In this document: piece by piece, positions 17,021 to 29,569 of the stretch
Layout of the letters: each line of letters begins with the position of its first letter
Numbering within the stretch: position 1 is the stretch's first letter
Origin: Podarcis muralis
Taxonomy: Eukaryota
Direction of reading: 5' to 3'
Assembly: GCF_964188315.1 (NCBI RefSeq)
Contig: NC_135667.1
Coordinates: 21,142,001-21,206,000 of the forward strand
Length of the DNA stretch: 64,000 nt
Made by a program: the position numbers and the translations under genes
The notes under the pieces: model-generated
Told to the model about the DNA's origin: nothing
Databases searched by the model: none
What the model saw: only the letters and a program-made list of their open reading frames with translations

Positions 17021-20000
17021 TCAGATTGTTACATGGATGGGGCTCTGGAGGTCGTCATCAAGGTTCTCCATGTCAGGCATGTTTGGCATGTCCGCTCCGC
17101 CGTTGGCCTCTCTCAAGTGGATCCTCTGGTGGTAGATCATGCTGTGCCTTCGCCGGAACCTCACCCCACACTCCCCACACTGGTACGGTCTCTCCCCGGT
17201 GTGGATTCTCAGGTGGCGCGTCAAGTGAGACTGCCGGCCGAACCTTTTCCCGCACTCGACGCAGGGGTAGGGCCTCTCCCCGGTGTGCGTGATCCGGTGG
17301 CGGGTCAGGTGAGACTGCCGGGTGAAGGTTTTCCCGCACTCGGCGCAGGGGTAGACCTTGCTCCCCAGGTGGGTCTTCTGGTGCCTGGTGAGCCCGTACA
17401 GGTCGTGGAATATCTTCCCGCACTCCATGCACTGGTAGGACTCCTTCTCGGTGTGGGTTCGCTGGTGGGCGGCCAGCTCCGACGGCCAGATGAACCCTTT
17501 GCCACACTCGGTGCAGAAATAGCGCTTCTCCCCCGTGTGGATTCTCTGGTGCGTGGCAAGTTCGGACGGCCACCGGAACGCTTTGCCGCACTCCCCGCAG
17601 ACGTGGCGCTTCTCGGCCACGTGGCCTCCCAGGTAGGCGCCCAGAGAGGGCAACTGCCCGTTGCCGTTCCTGCAGTCGGCGGCGAGCGGGGAGTTGTCGC
17701 CGGTGTGCATTCTCTGGTGCGCCGCCAGCTCCGACGGCCACTGGAACCCTTTCCCGCACTCGGCGCAGAGGTAGTGTTTGTTTTTGTTGTGGGTTTTCTG
17801 GTGCGTGGCCAGCTCCGACGGCCACCGGAACCCTTTCCCGCACTCGGGGCAGAGGTGGGGCTTCTTGACGGTGTGCGGCTTGGCACAGTCGGCAGCCGGA
17901 GGGGTCTTCTCGCCTGTGAAAAGGCTCTGGTGCATTGTGAATTCCGGCGGCCACTGGAACAGCGCCTCGGTGTCCATGGCGAAGTGCGGCTGTTCGCCTG
18001 CATGGATCCTCTGGTGGATGGCGAGCTCCGTCGACCACCGGAACCTCTTGCCGCACTCTGTGCAAAGGTGGCACTCCTCGCCCATGTGCGTCTTCTGGTG
18101 CCTGGTGAGGTGCGAGGAACGGCCAAACTGCTTTCCGCACTCGGCACAGTGGTAGGACTTTGGCCTGGTGTGAACTTTCTGGTGCAAGGCCAGCTCGGAT
18201 TGGCACCGGAACCGCTTCCCGCACTCAATGCAGGGGTGGCGTTTCTCTCTCACTCGGATCCGCTTTGGGTTCAGGTGTTGCACCATCCCGTTGAGCCTTT
18301 CTCCAAATTCAAACTGGGGGTCTGCTCTGCTGGGAGTCCTGGCACCTGGTTTGGGTGGTTGGGGGGGGGGGGGAAGGCAAGAGAAAATTCACAAATTTCA
18401 TAGGTATGAATTCTAGAGCTGTCGCTCAATTAAAGCAACGATAGTCGATCAATGAATGTGTTTTAGATAGAGGTTTAAGCCCTGCAGTCCTGTTCACTAT
18501 TATCTGGCAGCAAGTCCCACTGAATACCGTCATACCTTGGTTCGTAATCCGTCCCGGAACATTCAAAAACCAAGGCACGGCTTCCAATTGGCTGCAGGGG
18601 CTTCCTGCACTCAATTGGATGCCGCAGAAGCAATGTCAGATGTTCGGGTTCCAAAGAACGTTTGCAAACCAGAACATTTACTTCCGGGTTTGTGGTGCTC
18701 GAGAGCCAAAACGTACACGTACCAAGGTGTTCGAGAACCAAGGTACAGCGGGATTTACTTCAGAGCAAACATGAATAAGATTGTGCCGTAACTGGATTAA
18801 GTCGGCATACAAAAGAGAGGAAAAAAGAGGATAGATAAATAATGCTAATTGCTTCAACATGATTTGTGTGTTTTTCACAGCAAGCACTGCCTTCGAAGAC
18901 ACGTTTCCCCTTCTCTCTCCATCATTAGAAAATGCATCTTCTAAGATGCTGCTTGCCACCTGCAAGACCCACCTGAGCCTCCTTCATCGGCTGAAGAATC
19001 CCATGTTGCTTCGGTGTCAGAAGAACCTGTGCAGGGAAAGAAAAGAGTCAGGTCCAACTGTGACATGCCTTCCGTCACACACATCCACACAGTATAACAG
19101 GATGTTTTTTGGACAGAGTACTGATATGCCTTCATCTGGATACGTTTAACTCCATCCTACAAGTGCCCCAGAACTACAAAAGAAATTCATTGAAACAGGT
19201 CTACAGTACAGACTGACAACTGAAGAGGATCTCTAATGCACCTGAGGCAAGGGACCTTGAGAACTGTGATCGTCTGTATGGCCTTGGAAAGTAGAGAAGA
19301 GTCTGGATTTGATATCCCGCATTATCAGAGCCAGCTTGGTGTAGTGGTTAAGAGAGGTAGACTCCTAATCTGGGGAACCGGATTCGTGTCTCCGCTCCTC
19401 CACATGCAGCTGCTGGGTGACCTTGGGCCAGTCACACTTCTTTGAAGTCTCTCAGCCCCACTCACCTCACAGAGTGTTTGTTGTGGGGGAGGAAGGGAAA
19501 GGAGAATGTTAGCCACTTTGAGACTCCTGAAGGGGAGTGATAAAGCAGGATATCAAATCCAAACTCTTCTTCTTCATCATCACTACCTGAAGGAGTCTCA
19601 AAGCGGCTAACATTCTCCTTTCCCTTCCTCCCCCACAACAAACACTCTGTGAGGTCAGTGGGGCTGAGAGACTTCAAAGAAGTGTGACTGGCCCAAGGTC
19701 ACCCAGCAGCTGCATGTGGAGGAGCGGGGAAGCGAACCGGGTTAACCAGCTTACGAGTCTACCACTCTTAACTACTACACCACACTGGCTCTCACTTTCA
19801 AGTAGAAAGTGTACTACACGTGTTACTACTGTGTCATTTTTACAGAAACAAAAAGACCCAGATTTATTTGCCCCTAGACTGTTTCCTTCCCAGAAAGGTC
19901 TTCAAGGGTTATATAATACAATCTTTCTGGTTGTAGATACACAGCCTCATAGAAGTGAACCAGTTGCAAAATGTGCAAAAGCTATAGAGATCCATATGCA

Positions 20001-21825
20001 GCTTTCCAAGAATTGCTGTGGGGTACTGCTTTCAATGTTGATGTTTATTTAAACATCTCACTGAAAAGTGTACTGTTAGCATGCTTTCTCGTATCTTTTG
20101 TGTTTCTTTTCTACCAGTTGTATAGAATCACATATTTGTTTTTGGAATTTGAAGGTCTGTGGGCTACTAAAAAAAACTTTACTGGAGTTCAATTAAGGCT
20201 CAAAGACCTAACAACAAACCTGCTCAAACCAGAAACTCACTTCAAACTACAGTTTTCAGCTCTGGCAGGCAGCAGCCCAATGGTTTGCACAATCTGGTTT
20301 GGATGATTTGGGTGACACAGCAAAGTGGTTTGTATGAAACCAGAGAGTGAAATTAAGCTCACAAAGGAAGGAGGGAGGAAACTTACGTCTGATAATCCAA
20401 GCCACAGTTTGGAGGATAATCTCAACCATCTGGGTGTGATGCTAGCCATCACCTTAACCTTGAAAGTAGGGTGAGAATAAATGTTTAGCTCAAGGGTGGG
20501 GAGTTTGTGGCTTTCAAGAAGTTGTGAACTCCCATCAGCCCCAGCCAGCAAGGTCAGCAGTCGGGTATAATGAATAGTCAGGAATGATGGGAGCTGAAGT
20601 TCAACAACACCCTTGGCATACATAATAGATAAAGGCATTTGTGTACCAAAGAGAAGTAGGTCAAGGAGCTAAGCCAGGCTTCCTCAACCTCGGCCCTCCA
20701 GATGTTTTTGGCCTACAACTCCCATGATCCCTAGCTAGCAGGACCAGTGGTCAGGGATGATGGGAATTGTAGTCTCAAAGCATCTGGAGGGCCGAGGCTG
20801 AGGAAGCCTGAGCTAAGCACAGAGAAGCGAGGATTCTTACCCAGCAAACAGATATCCACATCGCCCCTCTGCTCGGCCTCCATGCATGCATCTCCCTGCT
20901 CGGCATCTGATAAGGCTTGGTCATCATCGGGGAAATTCACAACCACCTCCTCAAATAGGTCTGAATCCTGAAATAAGCAGAGAGACACATTCGACAAAAA
21001 GATCGATCAAAGACTGTTTAATGTTAAACTAGCTAAACAAACGAACGGACAAAAAAGTAGGGCTTTTAGCATGGGTGCCTCTGTTCTGTGGAACAGCATT
21101 CCTGTCCAGGTAAGACAGGTGCTCACTAGCGGAACTTTCCAGAAACACCTGCAGACATCTTTGTTCCGACGGGCTTTCCCAGCTGGCTAAGTGGGTCTTT
21201 GCCACAAGTGTCTATTTTGTATGGTTTTTAATTCACCATTTTTAATGATCTGTAGTGTATATCACCTTGAGATGGTTGTTTAGAAAGTGATTAATAAATC
21301 AGTACAGTCGTACCTTAGAAGTCAAACAGAATCCATTCTGGAAGTCGGTTCGACTTGCAAAACGTTCAAAAACCAAAGTGCAGCTTCCGATTGGCTTCAG
21401 GAAGCTCCGGCAAACAATCAGAAGCCGCGGAAGCCCCATCAGACGTTCGGCTTCCAAAAATAGTTCGCAAACCAGAACAGTCACTTCCTGGTTTGTAACG
21501 TTCAGGAGCCAAAATGTTTGAGAACTAAGCTGTTCAAAAACCAAGGTACGACTGTAATATTGTTTTTTTTTTGGGGGGGGGGAAGGAAAGCAACTAAATC
21601 CAGCTGCCATCCCATGTACTAAGGTTTGGCTTTAATAATGTTTTTAGCTCTGCCTTGATTCATTAAGAGCTGCACGAAAAGCAGAACTCTATGGTACAGT
21701 TCTTACTAGACTGTACCATTTTACACTGCAAGCAGGGGGATATCCCAGATTATTTGTGCTTTTATCTTGTATTTTTATTCTGTGAACTGCCCTGATATCT
21801 ATAGATGAAGGGTGGTATACAAATT

Positions 21826-21876
<51 letters not shown>

Positions 21877-24339
21877 TACAGAGAAGAGCAGGAAATTTGG
21901 GAGTAGGCATTTCACTCAGATATGAATTCCCCTACCAGCAGTCTAAAGATTAACAACCCAGCAAATTATAACATGTGATTCCGCTGATAGCAATTCCACC
22001 CTTATGAGTTCTTTTGGAAATGTAGATTTTATAAGTGCTCTTCTAGGATGCGCCAAGGCAGCTTCATTAGGATGGTTTTTAGAGACAATAGGACAGCTAC
22101 TCCATGAACCAATATTCCTCAGCCTAGAGTTGAACGCGATACATCGCCCTCAAGGTGGCTCACAAAATAATATTAGCACGATAAATACACACAAACAGAA
22201 CACAAAGAACAAGCCAGAATTGAGATCCTGGAATTTTTGCTAGGGCTAACAAATGCTATGTTAAAGTCCATATTCTGCATTTCATTGCCATGCAGATTTC
22301 AGAACTCTGGAAGGGTGGAGGAAAAGGCTGGGGCTTCTTTGCTTCATATCCTAAGAATTGGAAGGCAAAACTCTGCCTTTTGTGTGTTCTCCATCTGCTT
22401 CTTGATTTCCTGCAGGAAACCTGCACACACAGAGAGAATTATGCCAGTTGTGCCCTTCTGTCAAATCACACAAATGACTGGTGCAAATCCATCATTTCTG
22501 ATGCAGAGTCACAATTCCTGACTGCAAGGGGGGGGGGCTCTCTTAGCAAACAGCTCTTTTCTTTCCCCCCAATATGCCCCAGCCTGGGAGAGGAGACATC
22601 TTGCCCACAGTGTTGGCTTGTGGAGAATGGCAGATGGCCAGCGACTAGGAGGAAACCCTTTGTTTCTGGGCTGCAGGACTACAACTCCCAAAAGCCTTTG
22701 TGTGGATTTCGGTGAATCCGCTGTGAGCGGCAGGTGCAAAAGTCCTCTGGGGTTTGTAGGCAGCCGTAACAGTGTTTGTAGGAGACCAGGAGGACTGAAG
22801 AGGGAAAGCTGGGAATAAGAGATAAGAGGCGCAGCTCTGAATTGAGAGCTGGGTTTGTAGAGGCTGCCTTGAGGTCCTGAAAATAAGAGAGGAGTCTGAA
22901 TGGCCAGAGGAAGGAATAAAGAGACGTGAGACTTTGGAGATGATTCAATATATTTTGGTGCCTCACGCACAAAGCTCAAGCTGGAAAACTATAAAAATAA
23001 ACAAAACTATTGACAATTTGTTCTCTTTAGTGTCACCCAGCAACACAGATTTTCCAGAAAATTGAAAATTTAAAACGGGGGGGGGGGGGGATATCTTCCT
23101 TTGTAAATTAGGGCAATTTGTGTTGGAGAATTTCCAGTTTGCATCAGAAAATTTCCTGATACCCTAGAGAGCAATCTAATTTAGCATGTTTATTTGACTT
23201 GTGTTTGGTAAACAAAGCTATATTTATTTATTTATTTATTTAAAAAAAACCTTCTAAACAGCCACACTTGCAAATACTTATTTGCAACTGGCACCCATTC
23301 ATTGTTTACAAATCAACTTGCAAAATGGGGAGGGGGGAATTCCCTGGAAAAATTGCCTCTCTCTCCAAATACAGTGGTGCCTCGCAAGACGAAATTAATT
23401 CGTTCTGCGAGTTTTTCGTCTTGCGAATTTTTCGTCTTGCGAAGCACGGTTTCAAAAGAAGTTTTGGAAAAGCTTCAAAAATCACCAAAGTCTTCAAAAA
23501 CCTCAAAAAAGGCGTACAACTACACCTCTTCAAGCAATGCACCCTGGGTATTAACGGTTTTAAGAAAAAGGAAACAAACTTGCAAGACGTTTTCGTCTTG
23601 CAAAGCAAGCCCATAGGGAAATTCGTCTTGTGAAGCAACTCAAAAAACCAAAAACCCTTTCATCTTGCGAGTTTTTCATCTTGCGAGGCATTCGTCTTGC
23701 GAGGTACCACTGTACCTGATGGTAGCCCTAAAAGTCACCACTCCTTGAGGTAAACTGCCCTGCATGGCTGAATGGAAGGCAAGCCCTGAGGGACACTAAG
23801 GAGGGAGGCAGAAGACCATTTAATGTTAACAAGAGCAGGACAAACATAGTGCTGCCATTCACACCCTTTGACCTTGATTCCATACTCCTGGAATCCCAGT
23901 TATTTGCGATTACTCTACTGTTAAGGAAGACACCCGCTAGGCGCCTCAGAAAGCAGCAGTCCCTCTCCCTACAAAACATCTCCATCCTCTGCAATGCCTA
24001 ATATAATGTAATGTCCACAGAAGGCCTGTGTTGTGACATCAACACTGTTTGAATTTGGCCTGTTCTGGTTCCACTTTGCTGGCTGCTACTTAGGGCGAGT
24101 GGGAAGACTTGGAACGATGTGACGTCATGTCTGCCATTTTGTATTGCTAGCCAATACCAGAAGAAGTAAGGAGACAAGACACAAGGGCTGCTGTTATTGG
24201 AGGTAGCCATGACTCCTCTGTAACGACTAGTTCTGAGAAGGCTAAAAATTCGACAACTGCACCAGCCAAGGCAGAAAATATGGAATATATCATGTATTAT
24301 GGGAAATAATGAAAACATAGCAATTTTTTTAAAAGAAGC

Positions 24340-24372
<33 letters not shown>

Positions 24373-27300
24373 GCAGCAATGAAAACCTTAGTGGAAGAGC
24401 TCCCTGGCATCTTGATTGAAAAACAAACAAACCTCATAGAAGGTGATGCAGAAGAGACCTGTCACCTGAGACCCCAGAGAGCCTCTGCTAAGTCAGAGGT
24501 GACAATACTGGGCTACAGTGACAAATATTCTGGCCACGGTGCATAAAAGTTTCCCACGTCCCAAACCATCTCCACATTTTAATTACACCAAAGGGCAGAA
24601 ATTAAAGCAACCAAGCTATGGCTCTGTTTCAATTACCAAGCATTTCAGCTCCTTTCCAAAACCCGGCTCCACGTTTTGATGCAGGTAATGAGGAAGAAGC
24701 CACTGCCTTGGCAATTTTACCGTGCAATCCTATACAACAGGATTGGGGCAACTGTGGCAGGGGGCGTCATGAGGATGTCAAGCGACTGATAGGCGTGTGG
24801 TCTCACCCACCTGTCAAAGCTGACCTATGGGGTGAAGGGAGGGGTCTGCTTCACCTGTGCATTCCCTGCAGAGAATATGCTGGAGAAAACAGCAGGATCG
24901 AACCAGGCCCACTGCCTATCAGCTGACGTCACCCAGGTGGGAGGAGATGGCCTCATTGGCCGGTGGCCTGGAGGTTCCCCACACCCACTAAACATGTCTG
25001 CTCAACCTTACTGAATTCGAATAGGGCTCCCTAAATTTATAAGCATTTCTAAACTGCTTAATATTTAAAGATCTCTAGGCAGTATGCAAATAAAGGTAAA
25101 GGTAAAGGTACCCCTGCCCGTACGGGCCAGTCTTGACAGACTCTGGGGTTGTGCGCCCATCTCACTCTAGAGGCCGGGGGCCAGCGCTGTCCGCAGACAC
25201 TTCCGGGTCACGTGGCCAGCGTGACATCGAGCCAGAGCCGCACACAGAAACGCCGTTTACCTTCCCGCTAGTAAGCGGTCCCTATTTATCTACTTGCACC
25301 CGGGGGTGCTTTCGAACTGCTAGGTTGGCAGGCGTTGGGACCGAGCAACGGGAGCTCACCCCGCCGCGGGGATTCGAACCGCCGACCATGCGATCGGCAA
25401 GTCCTAGGCGCTGAGGTTTTTACCCAAAGCGCCACCCGCGTCCCTAGTATGCAAATACAAAACATTTTTTTAAAAAAAATACAAAACATTAAAAAAACCA
25501 GTATCCAATAAAGAAAGATGCAACATGCTGTAGTATTATAAGAACAAGAATTTGGTCATAGGAAGATCCAATCCTATGGGTCAGAGAAAGCCTGAGCAAA
25601 AAAGGCACATCTTCTTTATAAGACACCTGAAGCAGACGACAGGTGATGCCTCACAAATGGCAGAGGGAAGGATATTCCCCAGTGCAGGGGCAGTGGTGGA
25701 AAAAGCTCATTTTCAGGTCACTGCCCTGTGATCTTTCGTAAGGTGAATATAGAATTACAAACTTAGAATCTGAAGGCCTGGATCCTGGGCATTATCAGGT
25801 CATGGGCCTCATCCTGTATGAACCTATCCAAAGTATTAAGTTCAGCTGACAAAATGCTACGGATGGGTCCAAATTATCCAGAAACTAAACTAGCTTACCA
25901 ACAAGGCAGAGGTTTTTTGGTGATTGTTCCAAAACGCCCTTCCACAGGCTAAATGTTTTACTCCTCTCTCCCTCCTGGCATTCCAGAAGTAAATAAAAGC
26001 TTTGGGGACTTTGCTGTGCTTTGGGGACTTAGCGCAAAATACATACTCCCATTGTTTGATTGTTTTATCATAGGAGCTTTCAGCCCAAACACTGAGGTCC
26101 AGCTCAGAGGGCCTTCTGGTGGGACGTGAAGTTACAGGGAACCAGGCAGATGGCCTTCTTGGTGGTGGCATCTGCTCTGCGGAATGCCATCCAGTCAGAT
26201 GTCGAGGAAATAAATACTATGCAACTTTTAGAAGACATCTGAAGGCAGCCCTTTATAAGAAAATTTTTAATGTTTAATGTTTTATTATGTTTTTATATTC
26301 GCTGGAAGCCACACAGAGTAGCTGGGGCAACCTGTTCAGATGGGCAGGGTACAAATAATAAAATTGTTGTTGTTGTTGTTTTATACTATTTATATTTTTT
26401 TAAAAAATGTTTGCAAGGCTGATTGTACACGATTTTGAGAGCCTTAGCTGGAAAACAAATATGTCATCTTTAAACAGAGATTTTATATCACCTTATGTAA
26501 ACTGCTGAGGTTTTTCTTATCAAATTGTATATAAATCTTTTTGTATAAATAAAATAACCATTCGCCACAGCAATAACAACATTGTAAAGGCAGCCCATGC
26601 CCCAAGGACAAAATGTGCCCGTCACACCTGCCCCCCATCTGTTGCTAGCACCCCACCGCCATTTCCCTCCCATCTCCGCCATAGTTATGGGCCCATCTCA
26701 GCAGGTCAGCCCTCACAAAGAAACTTGTCCCATCCGTGAGCCACAAGATTGTCCTTGGGGGTGGCGTATGGGATGAGAAAGGGGGTGGGGGACGAAAACC
26801 ATCTCACCTCCTCTTCTGCTCTCTCCGCCTCCTGCTGCTTCGACAGGAACTCCTCTGCCAGGGCCACGGCCCGTGCGCAAGTGTCCGGGCTGCATTCCCA
26901 CACGCGGCTCCGAATCCCCGGAGGGAGGACCGCCAGGAACTGCTCCAGGATCAGGACGTCCAGAATCTGCTCCTTGGTGCGGTTCTTCGGCTTCAGCCAG
27001 TGGTTGCAAAGCTCCCAGAGCTGACCGCAAGCCTTCCGCGGCCCCTCCGTCTCTTGGTAGCAGAACTGCCGGAAACGCCGGCGGGCCGTCTCTAGGGTGA
27101 AGCCGCCCACTCCCGAGGTGGACGTCCGCGTCTTACCGATGCTCCCTCGGTCCGCGTTGCCTGGGGTACTGGGCTGGGTTTCTTGCTGGCTCTCCTCTGT
27201 GTATGGAGCTCTCCATGGGGAGGAGGCAGGGTTCTCCGCTGGCTCTAATGCCGTGGTAGAGAAGGCCCCCGACTCAATGTTCATGGGTGCTGCCTCAGTC

Positions 27301-27929
27301 GCTGGGGAAGCATCTTGCGTTGGTGGTGGTGGCGGCGGCTGCTGCACAGTTGCAGGAGGCGGAGCTCGTGGGGCCTGAGACACCTCCTCCCACTGGACTT
27401 CCCAGCGCTGAGGTTGTGGGGCTTCTTCTAGGGCCTCTGGCTCAGCGGCGGGTGGCACTTCCAAGCCCAGAAGTTCCTCCACAGTCCCAGTGCACACCAC
27501 AAGTAGGGAGTCATCTCCTTCCTCTGCTCCCACAGCCTCTCGTACCGGCCCCGTTGGATNNNNNNNNNNNNNNNNNNNNNNNNNNNNNNNNNNNNNNNNN
27601 NNNNNNNNNNNNNNNNNNNNNNNNNNNNNNNNNNNNNNNNNNNNNNNNNNNNNNNNNNNNNNNNNNNNNNNNNNNNNNNNNNNNNNNNNNNNNNNNNNNN
27701 CTTCCACCACGACTTCCGCCTCCGCTTCCGGTTCCTCCTCCTCTTCTTCCTCCTCCTCCTCAATCGTGATTTCCGGATAGACCCCTTGCTCAAGCAGCAC
27801 TTTAAAATGGAGATCCAGCTCTCCCGATCCCTGCTCGGGCTCCATTTTGTCTTCCAAAAGGTAGGCCGACTTCTCCCAGTTGTAGACGGAGGTCTGGCCA
27901 CCGAGGCCCCAAGTCTCACACGCAAACAT
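17021..27929 (-). CDS. SCAN-domain C2H2 zinc-finger protein (ZSCAN/ZKSCAN-like), 4 coding exons, 11 intact fingers
   Basis: Exons 27929-26808 (gccATG; SCAN ARRRFRQFCY..GPRKACGQLWELCNHWLKP..TKEQILDVLILEQFL; contains N gap), 20967-20841 (127 nt, degenerate KRAB-A-like LFEEVVVNFP), 19026-18973 (54 nt), 18345-17021 (C2H2 array, TGEKR/TGERP linkers). All GT-AG, phases 0/1/1 compatible. Confidence 0.9.
18527..18751. mobile_element. Tigger-like MITE (degenerate)
   Basis: Termini CCGTCATACCTTGG / CCAAGGTACAGCGG; body similar to 21305-21554. Confidence 0.75.
19329..19572 (+). mobile_element. tRNA-derived SINE (Squam2-like)
   Basis: agccagcttggtgtagtggttaagag head, ctgggtgaccttgggccagtcac core, (CTT)n tail. 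Confidence 0.8.
19575..19790 (-). mobile_element. tRNA-derived SINE (Squam2-like), inverted partner of the previous copy
   Basis: Reverse complement of 19329-19540 (gtgactggcccaaggtcacccagcagctgcatgtggaggagcgg...actacaccacactggct). Confidence 0.8.
20675..20810. mobile_element. hAT MITE, palindromic
   Basis: TIR CAGGCTTCCTCA / TGAGGAAGCCTG; perfect 8-bp TSD AGCTAAGC at 20667-20674 and 20811-20818. Confidence 0.92.
21305..21554. mobile_element. Tigger-like MITE
   Basis: TA-CAGTCGTACCTT...AAGGTACGACTG-TA. Confidence 0.9.
21827..21874. repeat. (AAT)n microsatellite
   Basis: Direct reading of tandem aat units. Confidence 0.95.
23372..23712. mobile_element. Tigger-like MITE
   Basis: TA-CAGTGGTGCCTCGCAAGACG...CGTCTTGCGAGGTACCACTG-TA. 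Confidence 0.92.
25093..25445 (-). mobile_element. Sauria SINE (Squam1-type)
   Basis: Reverse-complement body with (AAAGGT)n tail; TSD AGTATGCAAATA at 25081-25092 and 25446-25457. Confidence 0.93.
27560..27700. other. Assembly gap (141 N) inside the SCAN-coding exon
   Basis: Run of n flanked by low-complexity Glu-rich coding sequence. Confidence 1.
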
Positions 27930-29433
27930 GGCGGGAAACTAGGAAGTGTTTACGGGGGCGTTGTCTCCCTGAAAGGGGGTGGGGGAAGGAAAAAAAAGAA
28001 AGGCTATCACCCAGTTTTAAGAAACCTGAGCCATTAAATCAATTGAAAGTCATTTTCCTGAATTGGGTATATGAGTAAGAGCAAGAGTTCTGAAGAAAAA
28101 CAAAACACTTTTGTTTTTAGGTGATGCGATGCACGTGCCAGAGGGGGGCCATCTTAGGTAAAACGTTCCCTCATGTGTGTGAGGGAAGAGGGAACACCTC
28201 TTCTAAGAAGGTACCAGCTGCCCAGTTTTTGTATTTATAATTATATAGTTTTGCATATAATAATAATAATCTGCCACTCACTAATGCGGGCTACTTCAAA
28301 ACATATAACTGATTCATTAATGAAACATTGCAGTCCATTAGAAAAGGGGGGAACAGAGGAAGGGGGGAAGTTGAGGGGGAAAACAGCCGGTGTTGAGGAA
28401 CATCTTCCTTACACAGCCACCCCTAACTCCACCGCAAAAGGCCCAGGGAGAAATTGTTAGGATGGCCATCAGTAAAATCTCCTCCCTGTTAAGATTCCAG
28501 AAGAGAGATACACAGCCACCGTCTCTCTGCTTCACTCATGGCTCTCTCACTCTGAGCCACTCTGCACATTTAGAATCTTCACCCAGCCCACATACTGCAC
28601 CTCTTCAAGAGGCAGGTAGGAAATCGTACTATGGAGTGATTCCCCAAGGCCAAAAACACCATGTCCCTGGATACTGGAACGTTAGACAGAAGAGTTATTA
28701 TAGCCCAGCCTTCTCTGTTCTGTGCCTAGGGAATTTCTTATTACGGTGCGCATTCAAACATGCAACACCTCCACCCACAGCATTCCACAACGGGACAGCC
28801 TTCGCAGGGTCTCTTTTTCTGAACATGTAGATCAGGTTCTGTGTCTTCTGGCCAGATGGATAAGAGAACGGCAAGTACATCTACTGCAACACAACGCAAT
28901 GTATTTTCCCAGCTTGGAAATACGGTGCAGCACTCTGGAGGCTATAGCAAGGCCAGGAAGTGCCATTCTTTTGCCATTTAGCTACTTGCCCAATGAAAGC
29001 AGCAGACTTCATGGCTCTGCTGCTGTTGCTTCAGTCTCTCTCTCTCTCTCTCTTTCTTCTTTTCAGAGGCTCAAGTTCCCATTTGTTTGTACAGTGCCAT
29101 ACTCAGTGCTGATAGGGTGGTACAAAGAATGATAATAATTTACCAAGGCCACTTATTAAGCCAATATAGCACAGTGGCTGGAATGTCTGCACTCCATTAA
29201 ACATTAAAATTTCAGAGTACTGGGTTTGACCTCAGGTGATTTCCCCCGATTTTCAAAATTATGCAAAATTTCTTTGCAGTTCTGTTTTAAGTCCTCGGTC
29301 ACATATGATCACACAGACCCCATTTGGTGTGACTTAGCATTACATCCAAACCCAGGGCTCATGGTTTGTCTTGCTCCAAAAAGCTGTAGCCAAAGGTCTG
29401 TTATTGGCTTACTGGCCCATGGTTAGTCTGGAG

Positions 29434-29569
29434 CAGGCTTCCTCAAACTCAGCCCTCCAGATGTTTTGAGACTACAATTCCCATCATCCCTGACCACTGG
29501 TCCTGCTAGCTAGGGATCATGGGAGTTGAAGCCCAAAAGCATCTGGAGGGCTGAGTTTGAGAAAGCCTG
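29434..29569. mobile_element. hAT MITE, same family as 20675-20810
   Basis: CAGGCTTCCTCAAA...TTTGAGAAAGCCTG; 8-bp TSD GTCTGGAG/GTCTGGGG. Confidence 0.88.

Noticed and set aside
16886-18403. 505-aa plus-strand ORF and the 383-aa and 307-aa alternative-frame ORFs
   Set aside because: Antisense and shifted-frame shadows of the GC-rich C2H2 exon; stop-poor antisense frames are expected for such arrays and show no independent domain.
19329-19400. tRNA-like sequences here and at SINE heads (4547, 7470, 10430)
   Set aside because: They are tRNA-derived SINE heads continuing into SINE bodies, not tRNA genes.
22290-22420. Possible additional minus-strand exon of ZNF gene 1 (acceptor tgtgtgcag at ~22411)
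   Set aside because: No convincing in-frame donor was found, and the 26808-to-20967 junction is already phase-compatible without it.
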